Shown: positions 44,201 to 55,034 of the stretch, piece by piece | How positions within the stretch are numbered: position 1 is the stretch's first letter | How the letters are laid out: the number at the start of each line of letters is the position of its first letter | Virus record (IMG/VR): IMGVR_UViG_3300035703_000045 | Span: 1-64,000 of that record | Strand: one strand, 5' to 3' | Length of the DNA stretch: 64,000 nucleotides | Origin: a virus | The notes under the pieces: model-generated | Seen by the model: only the letters and a program-made list of their open reading frames with translations | Database searches by the model: none | What the model was told of the DNA's origin: nothing | Translations under genes and position numbers: made by a program

Positions 44201-45213
44201 AGGAAATGCTCCGTTGCCTTCTGCTTCAGTTCATTTTGAAGATCAAGGTCTTCACGAACGGCTAGGAGAAGTGCCTCTTTACCCTGCCACTTCTGACCGT
44301 TGTAGTTGTAGTACGCACCAGTTCGGTTGACAACCTCAATCGCAATGCAGATGTTGACAATGTCCTTGATGGTATCAAACTCTCCCATATGGAAACCACC
44401 ACTATCGGCAAAGTAGAAGTCCACTTGGGCGACCTGCTGGGGGCGGTAGGTCTTGTTCTTCATGGTACGAGCACGAATTGTCTGACCCACCGGCTCGTCC
44501 TTTTCCTTAATCCACTCGTCACGCTTGACTTCAACACGGGCAAAGTAGTGAAAGTTTTTAGCACGACCACCGGGTGTTGTACGGTTGTCTCCATACATCA
44601 CACCGATCTTCTCACGCCATTGGTTAATGATGAGACCAGTACATCCACGGTCGTCATCAATCATGGAACGCTTCTGTGAACTAGAAGACTTGCGGAGAAA
44701 CTTACCAGTCAGACGTGCGCCAAGACCAACGGTGAACTCTTCCATCATCTTCTCTGCCTCATCGTTAGGGACAAGGGCAGGTAGGGAGTCAATGACGATG
44801 CAGTCAACAGCACGGTTCTCAAGAGCACGGAGAATCAGGTCATATGCCTGCTCCATGATATTGGTTTCAATAACCCATAGGCGGTCAAGGTCAACACCAA
44901 TTGACTGTGCATACTCTGGAACGAACTCTTCTGCGGCGATCCACATGGCAGTCCAGTCAGGATCAATAGCCTGATTGGACGCAATTGTTTTGTAGGCAAG
45001 GGCGGTCTTACCTGATGACTCATCACCGATGATCTCTGACCATTGGTTCATGGGCCACCCACCACCTAGCATAAGGTCGTAAGCCAATATACCGGTGGTA
45101 ATACGGGGCAGTTCTTTCTTTACAAAGGAACCTTGAACAATTGTGTTGTTCCCGTACTTCTTGTTGATAGATGCGACAATAGATTGCCACGTTTCGTGTT
45201 GATCAGTTTTCAA
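44197..45213 (-). CDS. recA: RecA recombinase
   Basis: TTG...DLMLGGG, EIIGDESSGKT, IVIDSL.AL.P, INQWREKIGVMYGD..TTPGG.A..F. Confidence 0.95.
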   Translation of the reverse strand: MKTDQHETWQSIVASINKKYGNNTIVQGSFVKKELPRITTGILAYDLMLGGGWPMNQWSEIIGDESSGKTALAYKTIASNQAIDPDWTAMWIAAEEFVPEYAQSIGVDLDRLWVIETNIMEQAYDLILRALENRAVDCIVIDSLPALVPNDEAEKMMEEFTVGLGARLTGKFLRKSSSSQKRSMIDDDRGCTGLIINQWREKIGVMYGDNRTTPGGRAKNFHYFARVEVKRDEWIKEKDEPVGQTIRARTMKNKTYRPQQVAQVDFYFADSGGFHMGEFDTIKDIVNICIAIEVVNRTGAYYNYNGQKWQGKEALLLAVREDLDLQNELKQKATEHFL

Positions 45214-45225
45214 TTTGGCTCCTAG

Positions 45226-45636
45226 TTATGCCCAGTTTGTTTCTATACCTTGGTCGTATATGCCATTCCAACCGCACTCAAAGCATCGTGGGGCTGGGGC
45301 TTTTCCGTTGATGGTGGTGTTACCGCCTTTAGCGACACGGTGGAACACATTTGAACTACCGCATTCGGGGCATCGCAGATCGCCTTGCTTACGCATAGCC
45401 TCGCCACCTTTCCACATGCGGATAGCACTGCCCATATCAATCTGGGCATCAGCAGGCTGGGACTCATCAAGGAGGCGTTGGTTACCAACAGTCTGTGAAT
45501 GTTGCTGATACACAGGCTGTTGCTGTTGCGGTGGGAACCGCAAGGGAGGAGAGGTCGGGGGAATTGATGAAGGTTGTGATCTCTGTACAGGTTGGTTACC
45601 AGAGATGCGCCGTGACCACCAATCAGCGTTACTCAT
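45226..45636 (-). CDS. Zinc-ribbon hypothetical protein
   Basis: CPECGS.N...RCFECGW. Confidence 0.65.
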   Translation of the reverse strand: MSNADWWSRRISGNQPVQRSQPSSIPPTSPPLRFPPQQQQPVYQQHSQTVGNQRLLDESQPADAQIDMGSAIRMWKGGEAMRKQGDLRCPECGSSNVFHRVAKGGNTTINGKAPAPRCFECGWNGIYDQGIETNWA

Positions 45637-46075
45637 CTTCTATATCCTCGTCATCCTCATCGTATTCGTCTGCTGGAACGATTGTTAAGAACAAACCCAT
45701 GAAGTCCATGAAGTTCGTCTTTAGGTTATCAGGGTTGTGTGCCTCAGGGTTGATTAACACAATCTCACTGTCTATTAAATGAGACAGAAGACCAACACCA
45801 AATGAAACGATGATGTTGTTTATATTTTCTTTCTCTTCTGCTTCCCATTCATTGGTGTCCTCCAACATGTCTAACATCCAGTTGGAGCAGGCTTTTATGG
45901 ATTCAAGGGCACCTATTCCAGAGAGGGTGATCCATCGTTGTATAATGTCAAGTAATTCGCTCTCTTGAACCTCTGGTGAGGGTATGGAAAATCCAGCAGA
46001 GTGCGCTAACTGTTGACCTTCTAATACTGATAAGGTCAAATAGAAGTTGCGTTGCTCTACTGGGCTGTACCCCAT
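45629..46075 (-). CDS. Hypothetical protein
   Basis: Coupled to the polymerase gene. Confidence 0.65.
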   Translation of the reverse strand: MGYSPVEQRNFYLTLSVLEGQQLAHSAGFSIPSPEVQESELLDIIQRWITLSGIGALESIKACSNWMLDMLEDTNEWEAEEKENINNIIVSFGVGLLSHLIDSEIVLINPEAHNPDNLKTNFMDFMGLFLTIVPADEYDEDDEDIEDE

Positions 46076-48171
46076 TACTTGCCTTTAGCCTCTGACCAAC
46101 TAGATGCAGAGTGGCAAGAAACCTTGAGGGGGATACCTTGATGGATTTCTCCATCTCCCATCGCTGTAATTAGTAATGGCATGTAGGTGTCTACCTCGTC
46201 CTCAGGAACTATGACCACCAACTCGTCATGGACTTGCACCAAGAGTTTTGCTGGTGTGTTATAGAAGGTATCATACACCCTAACCATAGCCTTTTTACAT
46301 ATATCAGCCGCTGATCCTTGAACAACAGCGTTTACTGCTTGACGTTCGGCTCGTGCACGAAGTTCATTACTATCGGACCTAAGGTCAGGCAAACGGCGAC
46401 GGCGACCAGAGAGTGTCTCTACATACCCCTTCTTAGCCCCGTCACGGATCACCTGCTGTTTCCACTTGGTGATACCGGAAAACTGCTGGTAGTAACGATC
46501 AATTACAAACTTGGCGTGATCCAAGTCAATGCCTGTGGTGTTGGCTAGTTTGTGGGCACCACCACCGTAGGCGGTCAAGAAGTTGACACCCTTACCAAGT
46601 TGGCGTTCTTCAGAAGTAACTTCCTCAACTGGTTTATTAAGTACCAAAGCCGCCGCACCTGAGTGAATGTCTTCCCCAGTTAGGAAGAACTCGCTCATCT
46701 TTTTATCACCGGAGAACATGCACATAACCCGCAGTTCAATCTGGTCGTAGTCAGCCACCAACATTTTGTACCCAGCAGGGGCGACGAATAAACCACGGAC
46801 ACTGCTGTCACGGGGAATGTTCTGCAAGTTGGGGTTGCTGGATGACAGGCGACCAGTAGCGGTGCGATGAAGATGGAACGAGGGGTGAAGCGATCCTTGA
46901 TACAACTTTGTCAATAGGCTGTCAACGTAGGTTGACTTCATCTTTTTCATTTCTGCCCATTGAATAAGCATGGGTACGACCGGATGCTTGTTCTCCATAG
47001 ATCGGAGAACCTCCTCATCAACGGAGGCGGCTCCTGTACCAGTTATTTTGGTGGGCTTGAGACCGAGACCACCTTCACGCTTTTTGTTAAAGAGCAGTTG
47101 CTGTTTGTGCTTGGTGCTATCGGGGTTGAACCCCGGAGGGGCGTAGTCCATCATGGACAGAAGAAGTTCGTTAAGGTTCTTATCAAGTTCTACACCCAGT
47201 TTCTTCATGGACTTTTGATCCACTGGGATTCCGTTGTCTTCCATCTCCATGAGTACATACAGGACTCGCATGTCCTGACGGAGACAGTCAAGTAGTTCAT
47301 TGTTTGAAGACAACTTGGACCATAGTTTGCGGTAAAGCAACCATGTCCAACGAACGTCTAGGTGCACATACTTAGATGCTTTATTGAATGGCTCAAAGTC
47401 AATAGTGGCACCGATCTTGCCGATCTTGCTGTAGGGGTCGTACCCATTGAAGTTGTGGGCGATTAACCCCTGAAGAGAGTACGACGAGAGGTTCTCGTTC
47501 ACGATGTGTTGCATAATCATCGTGTCCAAGAAAGGTTCATTTGGGAGATCTTGGTTGTAGTACTTCCGTATAGAACGGGTATCAAACTTTACGTTATGCC
47601 CTACTTTTGTGATGTCACTAAAGAACAAGGGCTTAAGAATCTCAAAGACATCAGAGCGATTCAGTTGCACGGGGGGTTCTGAGAATACGGCAGGCTTGAA
47701 GTAGCGAGCCTTAGCCATTGATTCTTTACCGTTAGCAAGTAGTTTGCGGTAGCCGGTAGGGGGAACCGTTGACCCATCACCACGCTCTTCAGGAACAATG
47801 ATGTCGCCGTTCCGATGACCCATGGGGATAGCCCATGACATTCCTTCTGTGGCGATGCCAATCCAGAAGATCTCGTTACGCATTGGGTCAAGAGCAAGAG
47901 TTGACCGCCACCGATCCACGATGATCTCACGGGAACGAGCGATGATGTCGTCATTCTTGGTCTTCAAGGTAGAGACATGTGCTTTGCACTCTTGGTCAAT
48001 CCACGCCATGACATCGGGGTGACGTTCCACAACACCACGGGTCTCAACGTCGTATGCAAAGTGTCCGGTTGATTGGCAGATACGAACTACTTCTTGCAGT
48101 TGTTCTACCGTAGAAACAACATGGGGGGCTGTGAAGCCCCCCACGCTGTCATGACTGTTAGTCATGGTCAA
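46075..48171 (-). CDS. polA: Family A DNA polymerase with 3'-5' exonuclease domain
   Basis: YDVET, GHNVKFD, TATGRLSSSNPNLQNIP, ADYDQIELR, RQLGKGVNFLTAYG, QGSAAD, QVHDE. Confidence 0.95.
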   Translation of the reverse strand: MTMTNSHDSVGGFTAPHVVSTVEQLQEVVRICQSTGHFAYDVETRGVVERHPDVMAWIDQECKAHVSTLKTKNDDIIARSREIIVDRWRSTLALDPMRNEIFWIGIATEGMSWAIPMGHRNGDIIVPEERGDGSTVPPTGYRKLLANGKESMAKARYFKPAVFSEPPVQLNRSDVFEILKPLFFSDITKVGHNVKFDTRSIRKYYNQDLPNEPFLDTMIMQHIVNENLSSYSLQGLIAHNFNGYDPYSKIGKIGATIDFEPFNKASKYVHLDVRWTWLLYRKLWSKLSSNNELLDCLRQDMRVLYVLMEMEDNGIPVDQKSMKKLGVELDKNLNELLLSMMDYAPPGFNPDSTKHKQQLLFNKKREGGLGLKPTKITGTGAASVDEEVLRSMENKHPVVPMLIQWAEMKKMKSTYVDSLLTKLYQGSLHPSFHLHRTATGRLSSSNPNLQNIPRDSSVRGLFVAPAGYKMLVADYDQIELRVMCMFSGDKKMSEFFLTGEDIHSGAAALVLNKPVEEVTSEERQLGKGVNFLTAYGGGAHKLANTTGIDLDHAKFVIDRYYQQFSGITKWKQQVIRDGAKKGYVETLSGRRRRLPDLRSDSNELRARAERQAVNAVVQGSAADICKKAMVRVYDTFYNTPAKLLVQVHDELVVIVPEDEVDTYMPLLITAMGDGEIHQGIPLKVSCHSASSWSEAKGK

Positions 48172-48872
48172 TCGTCCAATTCCTCCACGGCGATCTTCAA
48201 GAGATCCTTGCGTGACGGAATCTGAATGATCTCAGGACCGTAAGCCTGCTTGCGGAGAGCCTTGATATCGGTCTCAGTAAGAGCCTCAATCTTCCACTCG
48301 TCAAGGTCACGCTCCTTGACCAACTGATGGTTGGTTGCGGAGGTGGCACCCTTACCGGAACGGCTGACCGCCCAGTAGTGCTTGGAGAGTGGTCCCTGAC
48401 GGGGATCGGTGTGGAAGTTCTTCAACTGGTCAATGACACGGGGTCCGACCTCGTAGGACTTCAACAGTGGCTCCGTGTCGGGGGACAGGAGAACAACATT
48501 GAACGCAAAGCGTGTTGCAGGGCGGTTGCCAGCCTTGCAGAGGGGGCAGTCCTCAATGTCTGCAATGCAGGTGAATGACTTCTGACCCTGACGCTCCAGC
48601 CAGTGCTGACGGAATGTTGCGTACGGCTCATCCTCAACAAACTTGATGATGGTGGGTTCCTCTGCCACACGCAGACGCTGTGCGAAAGGTGAGTCAGCGG
48701 TCTTTGCCTGTTCCACGGCACCCCATCCACGACGGATGATGCGAGGGGCGTTGGCAGGACGAGCAGGGGCGGTTTCTTCCATCTCATCCTCGTCGTCGTC
48801 AGTGACGGTGCGAGTCTTCGTGTTCTTGATGGGGACTTCGTCTTCGTCGTCGTAATCGTCGTATTTGCTCAT
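48168..48872 (-). CDS. Putative single-stranded DNA-binding protein (gp32-like)
   Basis: IKF...RQHW...C...CPLC...FNV; adjacent to the polymerase. Confidence 0.65.
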   Translation of the reverse strand: MSKYDDYDDEDEVPIKNTKTRTVTDDDEDEMEETAPARPANAPRIIRRGWGAVEQAKTADSPFAQRLRVAEEPTIIKFVEDEPYATFRQHWLERQGQKSFTCIADIEDCPLCKAGNRPATRFAFNVVLLSPDTEPLLKSYEVGPRVIDQLKNFHTDPRQGPLSKHYWAVSRSGKGATSATNHQLVKERDLDEWKIEALTETDIKALRKQAYGPEIIQIPSRKDLLKIAVEELDD

Positions 48873-48883
48873 GGTCTTCTTTC

Positions 48884-49321
48884 CTATGTGTTGGGCCAGT
48901 TGTCTTTTATGTGTTTGCGGAAGCCTTCCCAGTTAGCCTTCACTGGGTCGTCAATTTGATACCGCTCCGCTCCGGTTAGGACGCAGTCTAACTGCTCAAG
49001 GCTGTAAAGCCTACGCCCTTTTGGGGGTTTTCCAACAATTGTTGGACTCTTTGGTACGGACGTTCTGTAGTTCGCCTTCGGAATCCAACCTTGCTGTTCC
49101 CACATCCTTATGGTCACTGCTTTGCGCCCTAAGGCACGAGCAAACTCTCCCACAGTGAAGAGCACCCTGTCAACTCCATTGATGGAATATACCTTGGATT
49201 TTGCTCCACGGTACCGATCTTCGGCAAGACGTGGCTTTGAACCCTTACGATTCTTTGGTGGAGTCTTGCCGGGGTAATCGGGAAGGTCACCAAACATCCG
49301 CATGATGGGGTCGTCACTCAA
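48884..49321 (-). CDS. MerR-like HTH DNA-binding protein
   Basis: FTVGEFARALGRKAVTIRMWEQQGWIP...RRLYS. Confidence 0.8.
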   Translation of the reverse strand: MSDDPIMRMFGDLPDYPGKTPPKNRKGSKPRLAEDRYRGAKSKVYSINGVDRVLFTVGEFARALGRKAVTIRMWEQQGWIPKANYRTSVPKSPTIVGKPPKGRRLYSLEQLDCVLTGAERYQIDDPVKANWEGFRKHIKDNWPNT

Positions 49322-49736
49322 AGGGAGTCCACCCCTCGTTGATAAAGGAACGATTGAGAGTACGCAACCATCCCTTTTTGCTCATCAGTTGCCCGTGACC
49401 TCCGGTGATTTCGCAGGTCATGGCACTGATGTGTTCGTACTTCTGGACGATGTTTCGCATCTTCTCTGATACCTCGTTGTTAGACATGTCAGAGATATCA
49501 AAGTAATAACGCAGGGTACCAAACTTCTCTTTTACTTGAACTACTTTGTAGTCAGGGTCTACCGACGACAGTTCACGATCTAGAGATGAGAGAAGATTAA
49601 ACCAACCTTCACCACATGAGATTATGGGTTTTAAGTCTTCACGAAATCTCTTGATAATTGGTTGGATGACCTCAGGATAACTAGTTACATCACTCACCAC
49701 GCACCGCCTTATCACGGAAGTAGATAACGCCGTCAC
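49314..49736 (-). CDS. Hypothetical phage protein
   Basis: CGEGW...QVKEKFGTLRYY...TCEITG...GWLRTL; start uncertain. Confidence 0.65.
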   Translation of the reverse strand: MTALSTSVIRRCVVSDVTSYPEVIQPIIKRFREDLKPIISCGEGWFNLLSSLDRELSSVDPDYKVVQVKEKFGTLRYYFDISDMSNNEVSEKMRNIVQKYEHISAMTCEITGGHGQLMSKKGWLRTLNRSFINEGWTPFE

Positions 49737-49884
49737 CGTTCAGTTTCCTGATGACCTTGGACAGCGTGTCAATTTCGGCTTGCAGTCGTTCAATCTCCTT
49801 GATGGCATCGCGTACATCCTGTGGGTCGGGGTGAATCATTTGTAGCGATTCCCGTAGTCGGGTCACGATGTCGTCAGTCATCAC
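49690..49884 (-). CDS. Hypothetical protein
   Basis: DDIVTRLR...AIKEIERLQ. Confidence 0.5.
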   Translation of the reverse strand: MMTDDIVTRLRESLQMIHPDPQDVRDAIKEIERLQAEIDTLSKVIRKLNGDGVIYFRDKAVRGE

Positions 49885-50290
49885 TGTAATCCTTCTTGGC
49901 TACGACCTTGAAAGCCCAAGTCTCACGCTGGTTATAGAACTCTGGCATCTGTTCTTTTAGTGTGGGATCTTCCCATGCGAGACCGAGCATCTTCTCTTCG
50001 CTCACGAACTCACGAACCTCTTTGACCAAATCCCATTTGCCTGAGGCTTTAGCCCATCCTTCAGCCATGTTTTCATTGAATGAGTTGGACACACGTCGTT
50101 CACGCTTTAACTGAACATCACCAACGGTTAGCCACAGATGACCTTTATCATCGGTATACCCGTGGGCAATAACTGCGTCATTGAGAAGTTGCTTGATCTC
50201 ATCCACACGCTGTTGGGCACGGTTGGCAAACTCCTTTGCCTCTTCAAACTCTTTGGTCAAACGTGCGTAGTAGGCTTCGTCAATTGACAT
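49874..50290 (-). CDS. Hypothetical phage protein
   Basis: Coiled N-terminus, DDKGHLW. Confidence 0.65.
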   Translation of the reverse strand: MSIDEAYYARLTKEFEEAKEFANRAQQRVDEIKQLLNDAVIAHGYTDDKGHLWLTVGDVQLKRERRVSNSFNENMAEGWAKASGKWDLVKEVREFVSEEKMLGLAWEDPTLKEQMPEFYNQRETWAFKVVAKKDYSDD

Positions 50291-51837
50291 TATACTCCCG
50301 ATTCTCGTAAGAAGGTTGAAAGACTGCTGAGGGTGATATCCATGCCACCCTTACCGTCATGGTGTTTACCATCAACAAAGGCTTCGTTGACGGATCGTTT
50401 GTGCTGAAGCATCTCGTATTGGCGTTCTTCAATTGACCCCTGCATAACGAACGTAGCAATCGTAACATGCGGAAACTTGGAAGACAACCTAATAATTCGT
50501 GCTTCTCGTTGTTCCAACTTACCGCTACTCCAAGGTAAGTCATAAGATATCAGGTAGTTAGCCATCGGAAGGTCAACACCGTACCCACCGGCATCCGATG
50601 AAAGGAACAGACGGGTATTGGGATCGGTAGAGAACTGTTGCTTTGCCTCATCACGTTCTTCAGCCGACATGCCTCCCATGAATAAAACACTGTTAGTGAG
50701 TTTGGCTGTTGCCTTTTGTATGAGGCGCAGATTCTCTTTAAAGAATGAGAACAACACCACTTTGTTATCGGGGTGTTGATAAAGAACATCTTCAATGTAC
50801 TCAACGACTGCGTCTAGTTTCGGGGTGGCGGTAACCCCTGTCAGCAACCCAGCCTTGACCAAGGTAGCCGCATAGCGACTTCCCTCGTCTGGCTTGGTGT
50901 TGTCGTTGTACAAACCAGCCGACCTAACGATGAGTTCTGGGTTGTCGCAAAGCATCCTCAAGACGGTGAGACGAGACATGATCTCCCCTTGCGCCTCATT
51001 GGATTGTGGGTCGTTGTAGTGCTTCCAGATGTTGAACGCCCCACCATGCATGCTCATTGCTTGATGGAGATGGTATAACAGATCTTCTGATATCTTACGA
51101 TACAGCCCTGCCCCACGGGTATCATATGGGATCGGAATGGTCTGGTGGACAATGTCCGGCAATTGGTCGGCAATGTCCTCCCGTGTCTTACGAATCATGC
51201 ACTCTGACATGGACTTATGCAAAACAGACAAGTTTCGGTAACGAGTAGGTTTTCCGAAATAGTCTCTGACGATGAAAGTACGGTCAAACTCGTCAAACTT
51301 ACCAAGGACTGTTGGGTCAACAAACTCCATAATAGAATACAGTTCTTCTGGGCGATTCTCAATGGGTTGTCCTGTCAAAGCATACCGGTAGAGGATTGGC
51401 TTTGATATACGTTTGATCATTCGTGATCTCTTACTTGTGCGGGACTTCAACATCGTGGCTTCATCCACTACAATGCATTGACAGGGGGTGCGCTTGAGAA
51501 ACTCTTGGTCTTTGATCAGTGACTCAGGGTTCACGATGATGTACTGAGCCGATACTGCCCCACGCCATGATTTCTCCCGTGCTTTGGGTGAGCCGTCAAT
51601 TAGGGCAACACGGGAATCAGTAAACCTTTCTATCTCACGCTTCCATTGGTACTTAAGGGAAGCAGGGACGACCACCAAGCAACGGTCAATCTCCCCAAGT
51701 TCAAACAAGCGATTTACGGCGGCGATTGTGGTGACCGTCTTACCAGCACCCATGACCAATCCAAGTAGCACTTGACCACGGTCAAGCATCTTCTCAACTG
51801 ATTCTTCTTGGTAGGGATACAGAGTTCCGTTAAACAT
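50290..51837 (-). CDS. SNF2-family helicase (second copy)
   Basis: LYPYQ, MGAGKT, VVPASLKYQW, VDEAT, LTGQPIEN, YDLPW...EQREARIIR. Confidence 0.92.
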   Translation of the reverse strand: MFNGTLYPYQEESVEKMLDRGQVLLGLVMGAGKTVTTIAAVNRLFELGEIDRCLVVVPASLKYQWKREIERFTDSRVALIDGSPKAREKSWRGAVSAQYIIVNPESLIKDQEFLKRTPCQCIVVDEATMLKSRTSKRSRMIKRISKPILYRYALTGQPIENRPEELYSIMEFVDPTVLGKFDEFDRTFIVRDYFGKPTRYRNLSVLHKSMSECMIRKTREDIADQLPDIVHQTIPIPYDTRGAGLYRKISEDLLYHLHQAMSMHGGAFNIWKHYNDPQSNEAQGEIMSRLTVLRMLCDNPELIVRSAGLYNDNTKPDEGSRYAATLVKAGLLTGVTATPKLDAVVEYIEDVLYQHPDNKVVLFSFFKENLRLIQKATAKLTNSVLFMGGMSAEERDEAKQQFSTDPNTRLFLSSDAGGYGVDLPMANYLISYDLPWSSGKLEQREARIIRLSSKFPHVTIATFVMQGSIEERQYEMLQHKRSVNEAFVDGKHHDGKGGMDITLSSLSTFLRESGV

Positions 51838-52753
51838 TTTGAATCCACGGTGGCATGACGGTCGCTGTTTTAAGACCGTTCTCTATTTCGTCGTCAGTCA
51901 TATCCCCGATATCCTTTGCTGAGGTTCCAGCATAGTTCCACCACAGCAACCCTTTTCGTGGACGATTCATGAATTTGTACAACTTCTTACTGGATTCAAT
52001 ACCAGCCTCGTCGTTGTCCATAGCCACAATAACACGATCAGCGACATGGGTTACTAAGTGCATCTGGTCTTTTGAGACCTGTGCTCCGAAGGTGGCTAAA
52101 GCCTGTGGCTTTTCAAAGACCCCAGCAAATCGGATGATGTCCAATGGGGACTCCACCAAGATGGCTGTGCGTGAGCGAAAGCGTTCTATACCAAACAGGG
52201 TTTTTCCCTTTTCTACGCCTACGGGGAAGTTGCGTACCCACCCAGTCTTCTTTTCCTGCCAGCCATCTAAACGACCAGTGGCAGACATGATCGGGATCGC
52301 CCACGCCTTTGACTTGGGATTCCAACGGACTCCATATCGGTGTACCAAGTCTGGGTCTAGGTTCTTGAAGGCACACTTGGCATCGGACACACGGTCAAAC
52401 CGAAAGAAAGCATCCCGATCCACATAGACAGTTTCCTCACCCTCTTTGGGAAGGGTGAGATTATTGAAGTTCGTGGAAACCAAGAACTTCTGTATTTCAA
52501 GACCGGCTTCAATCCCAGTCAGTTCTGCCAGTAGTGACGAGAGTGTTCCACGGGCACCGCATGAAAAGCAGATCCATAGACCAGTGTTGGCGTTGATACT
52601 CCAAGAAGGTGAGCGGTCTTCACGCCCCACAGTGCGTATGTGTACTGGGCATTTGCCGGTGATTTCCCGATCACCGACACGCTTTAGTTCTACTCCTACG
52701 GACTGTAGGACTTCTGCGAGGTTAGTCGTATGAGGGGTTGATGTTTGAGTCAT
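51830..52753 (-). CDS. DNA primase (CHC2 zinc finger plus TOPRIM)
   Basis: CPVH...PSW...CFSCG; LVESPLD; AMDNDEAG; KDIGD. Confidence 0.9.
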   Translation of the reverse strand: MTQTSTPHTTNLAEVLQSVGVELKRVGDREITGKCPVHIRTVGREDRSPSWSINANTGLWICFSCGARGTLSSLLAELTGIEAGLEIQKFLVSTNFNNLTLPKEGEETVYVDRDAFFRFDRVSDAKCAFKNLDPDLVHRYGVRWNPKSKAWAIPIMSATGRLDGWQEKKTGWVRNFPVGVEKGKTLFGIERFRSRTAILVESPLDIIRFAGVFEKPQALATFGAQVSKDQMHLVTHVADRVIVAMDNDEAGIESSKKLYKFMNRPRKGLLWWNYAGTSAKDIGDMTDDEIENGLKTATVMPPWIQNV

Positions 52754-53975
52754 AGTCGTTTATCTCTTCAAACTCCATCGTTGACCAATCCCACTTAACG
52801 TGGACTTCTCCAGTTGGGGCAGTACGAGCGAGCACAACACGGATGATTGCTTGATCATCCATATCTGGGTTGCGCTCCACACCGAGAATCAGGTCAGCAT
52901 CTTGGGCAAACGAAGAGGTGTATCCGATTGCGTCAGCAGTCACCGCACGGGTCTTTCGGTTTTGGAGTTTCCATGAGAGAACCTGAGTGGTGGCTACGAC
53001 AGGAATATCAAACCGTTGTGCTAACCGTTTCAAAGAACGAGTGATGTTGGTCAATGCCTGTGGTGATCCCTTTGGCTCACCTTCCTCGTCGTCCATCAAA
53101 TACACACCGTCAACAAACAGAACGTCAGGGTTGTACTCCTGAATCTTTCCTGCGAGGGCACTAACAGTCGTAAGCGATGATGTGTCTTCACTGAACACGA
53201 AGGGTTGCATGTGCTTGCGTAGCGACAAGGCTTGACGAATCTTCTTCATATCATCCTTGTTAAGGTCACCACTAAGAATGCGTGTGTATGGAACCTTGGA
53301 TATCAGAGAGTCATAACGTGCTTCTTGTTCCTCAATACTCATTTCAAAGGAAACGAAGAGGGGCCGTTTCCCGTGGATGTGTGAGGAATTAGCGAGAATA
53401 AGAGCGAAGAGGGACTTACCACGCTTGGGTTCACCGGCAAAGACGATGAACTGCTGTGGACGTAGTCCGTGGGTAATTCGGTCAAGCCCATGGAATCCGG
53501 TAGGAATGCCACGAAGAGCATTGGGTTGTTGACGCATCTCATCGTAACGAGCAAGGCGGTTCTCCCAGTTCTGAATGATGTCAATGTCACGAAGACGTGA
53601 TGCCTCTACCGAGGATTTCTGAATGGCTGACGACAACGAACTGATAGCAGTGTTGATGTCGTTGTCATTGATTGCTGGAATAGCAGACGACAAAGCGTCA
53701 ACGATGATTCGCTGACGGTAAGAGTCAAACACCTCATCCAGCAGACGGGAGAATGTCTCGTCAGTTGCGTCTTCTAGTTGGATGTCCCCGTACTGTTGGC
53801 TGAACACACGGTCTGTAGGAAGAGCACCATGGGTGCGGTTGAAGTCAAGCAACCATTCCCAGATGGGTGACCACGTTGATGAGAAGTGGTCAGGCTTGAG
53901 TCCTGCACGAACCGGGGTATTGATGTCTTTCTCTTGAATGATCTTTGAGATAAGTAAGAGTTCGCTAGACGACAT
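52722..53975 (-). CDS. dnaB: Replicative DnaB-like helicase
   Basis: GIPTGF..LD, AGEPKRGKS, SFEM, FVDGVYLM, LKRLA, QDAD. Confidence 0.92.
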   Translation of the reverse strand: MSSSELLLISKIIQEKDINTPVRAGLKPDHFSSTWSPIWEWLLDFNRTHGALPTDRVFSQQYGDIQLEDATDETFSRLLDEVFDSYRQRIIVDALSSAIPAINDNDINTAISSLSSAIQKSSVEASRLRDIDIIQNWENRLARYDEMRQQPNALRGIPTGFHGLDRITHGLRPQQFIVFAGEPKRGKSLFALILANSSHIHGKRPLFVSFEMSIEEQEARYDSLISKVPYTRILSGDLNKDDMKKIRQALSLRKHMQPFVFSEDTSSLTTVSALAGKIQEYNPDVLFVDGVYLMDDEEGEPKGSPQALTNITRSLKRLAQRFDIPVVATTQVLSWKLQNRKTRAVTADAIGYTSSFAQDADLILGVERNPDMDDQAIIRVVLARTAPTGEVHVKWDWSTMEFEEINDYDSNINPSYD

Positions 53976-54418
53976 CAAATGCTCCACGGCTTGTCAGGGC
54001 TGACAACTTTACCACGCAATCCAAGAATTGAAGAGTAGTCCTCATGTGGTGTGTAGACAACCGCAATAGAACGGTCGTAGACCAAGTCACTTGCGAACTC
54101 AATAATTGATGGGTACCACAAAACTGGGGTGCTTACACCTTTACGGATTAGCCACTTCTCAATTGGATCAACCGCATCAGGGGAAAGGAAAGTGATGACA
54201 TGAGTAGCGATGCCCCGCCGGTTAACGCAATCAGAGAGCGACCGCATCGGCATATCATGAACAGTCCATAGGGGTATCACAGATGACCAGTCAGATGTTC
54301 GCTTATGGTAAGCACCCTTAACCTTGCCAACGATGGTTGATGGTGGGGATGCAAGAACTCCTTCAAACATGGTGACCTGTTTGATACGGGACACGGGATG
54401 AATGTCGTTCTTTTCCAT
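53975..54418 (-). CDS. Hypothetical protein (possibly HAD-like)
   Basis: MFEGVL...VITF; coupled within the replication operon. Confidence 0.55.
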   Translation of the reverse strand: MEKNDIHPVSRIKQVTMFEGVLASPPSTIVGKVKGAYHKRTSDWSSVIPLWTVHDMPMRSLSDCVNRRGIATHVITFLSPDAVDPIEKWLIRKGVSTPVLWYPSIIEFASDLVYDRSIAVVYTPHEDYSSILGLRGKVVSPDKPWSI

Positions 54419-55026
54419 CAGGCGATCCGAATACCCGTCATGTCAGAGACTGCTACGGCAATGCGGTCACCATACCGACGAGTGAAGTCAATCTGTGACA
54501 GCGTCGTGGTGATGATCGTCGTACGAGAGTCCTCATAACGACGACGAATCAAAGAACCCACCTCATGGACTGAGTAATCGGTTTGACGTTCCTGCCCGAC
54601 ACCATCTAGCACCACGACATCAAAGACACCTTGGATGTACTTCAAGAGGTAAGGCATTGAGTACATCTCTGGGAGAAGACCATTGTCTCCTTCAAAGGAA
54701 TCCTTCAGCATGTCAATGTAGCGGTCTGCGCTAATGAACCGACCTGACACGCCTTTTTCACGAATCAGGTACTGAAGGATCGCCTGTGAGGTAACACTCT
54801 TTCCACTGCCGTTGACACCGGTCAGGATCAGTGAGTTACCAAACTCGTAGTTGTGAACCCAGTGGTTGATTGACTTCATCGCCTTGTCGGAAATGGTCAG
54901 GTCATCTAGCCCGATAGAACGCCAACGATTGGGTACCCGAGAATGGAACATGCGTTCGTCTACGGGGCGATTACGCCACCACTTCTCCGACTTCCAGTCG
55001 GTCGGAACAACATATGTCTGTGACAT
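54418..55026 (-). CDS. DnaC/IstB-like helicase-loader ATPase
   Basis: VPNRW, LTGVNGSGKS, VVLDGVGQE, LIRRRYE...TIITT...YGDRI. Confidence 0.85.
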   Translation of the reverse strand: MSQTYVVPTDWKSEKWWRNRPVDERMFHSRVPNRWRSIGLDDLTISDKAMKSINHWVHNYEFGNSLILTGVNGSGKSVTSQAILQYLIREKGVSGRFISADRYIDMLKDSFEGDNGLLPEMYSMPYLLKYIQGVFDVVVLDGVGQERQTDYSVHEVGSLIRRRYEDSRTTIITTTLSQIDFTRRYGDRIAVAVSDMTGIRIA

Positions 55027-55034
55027 GGAACTCC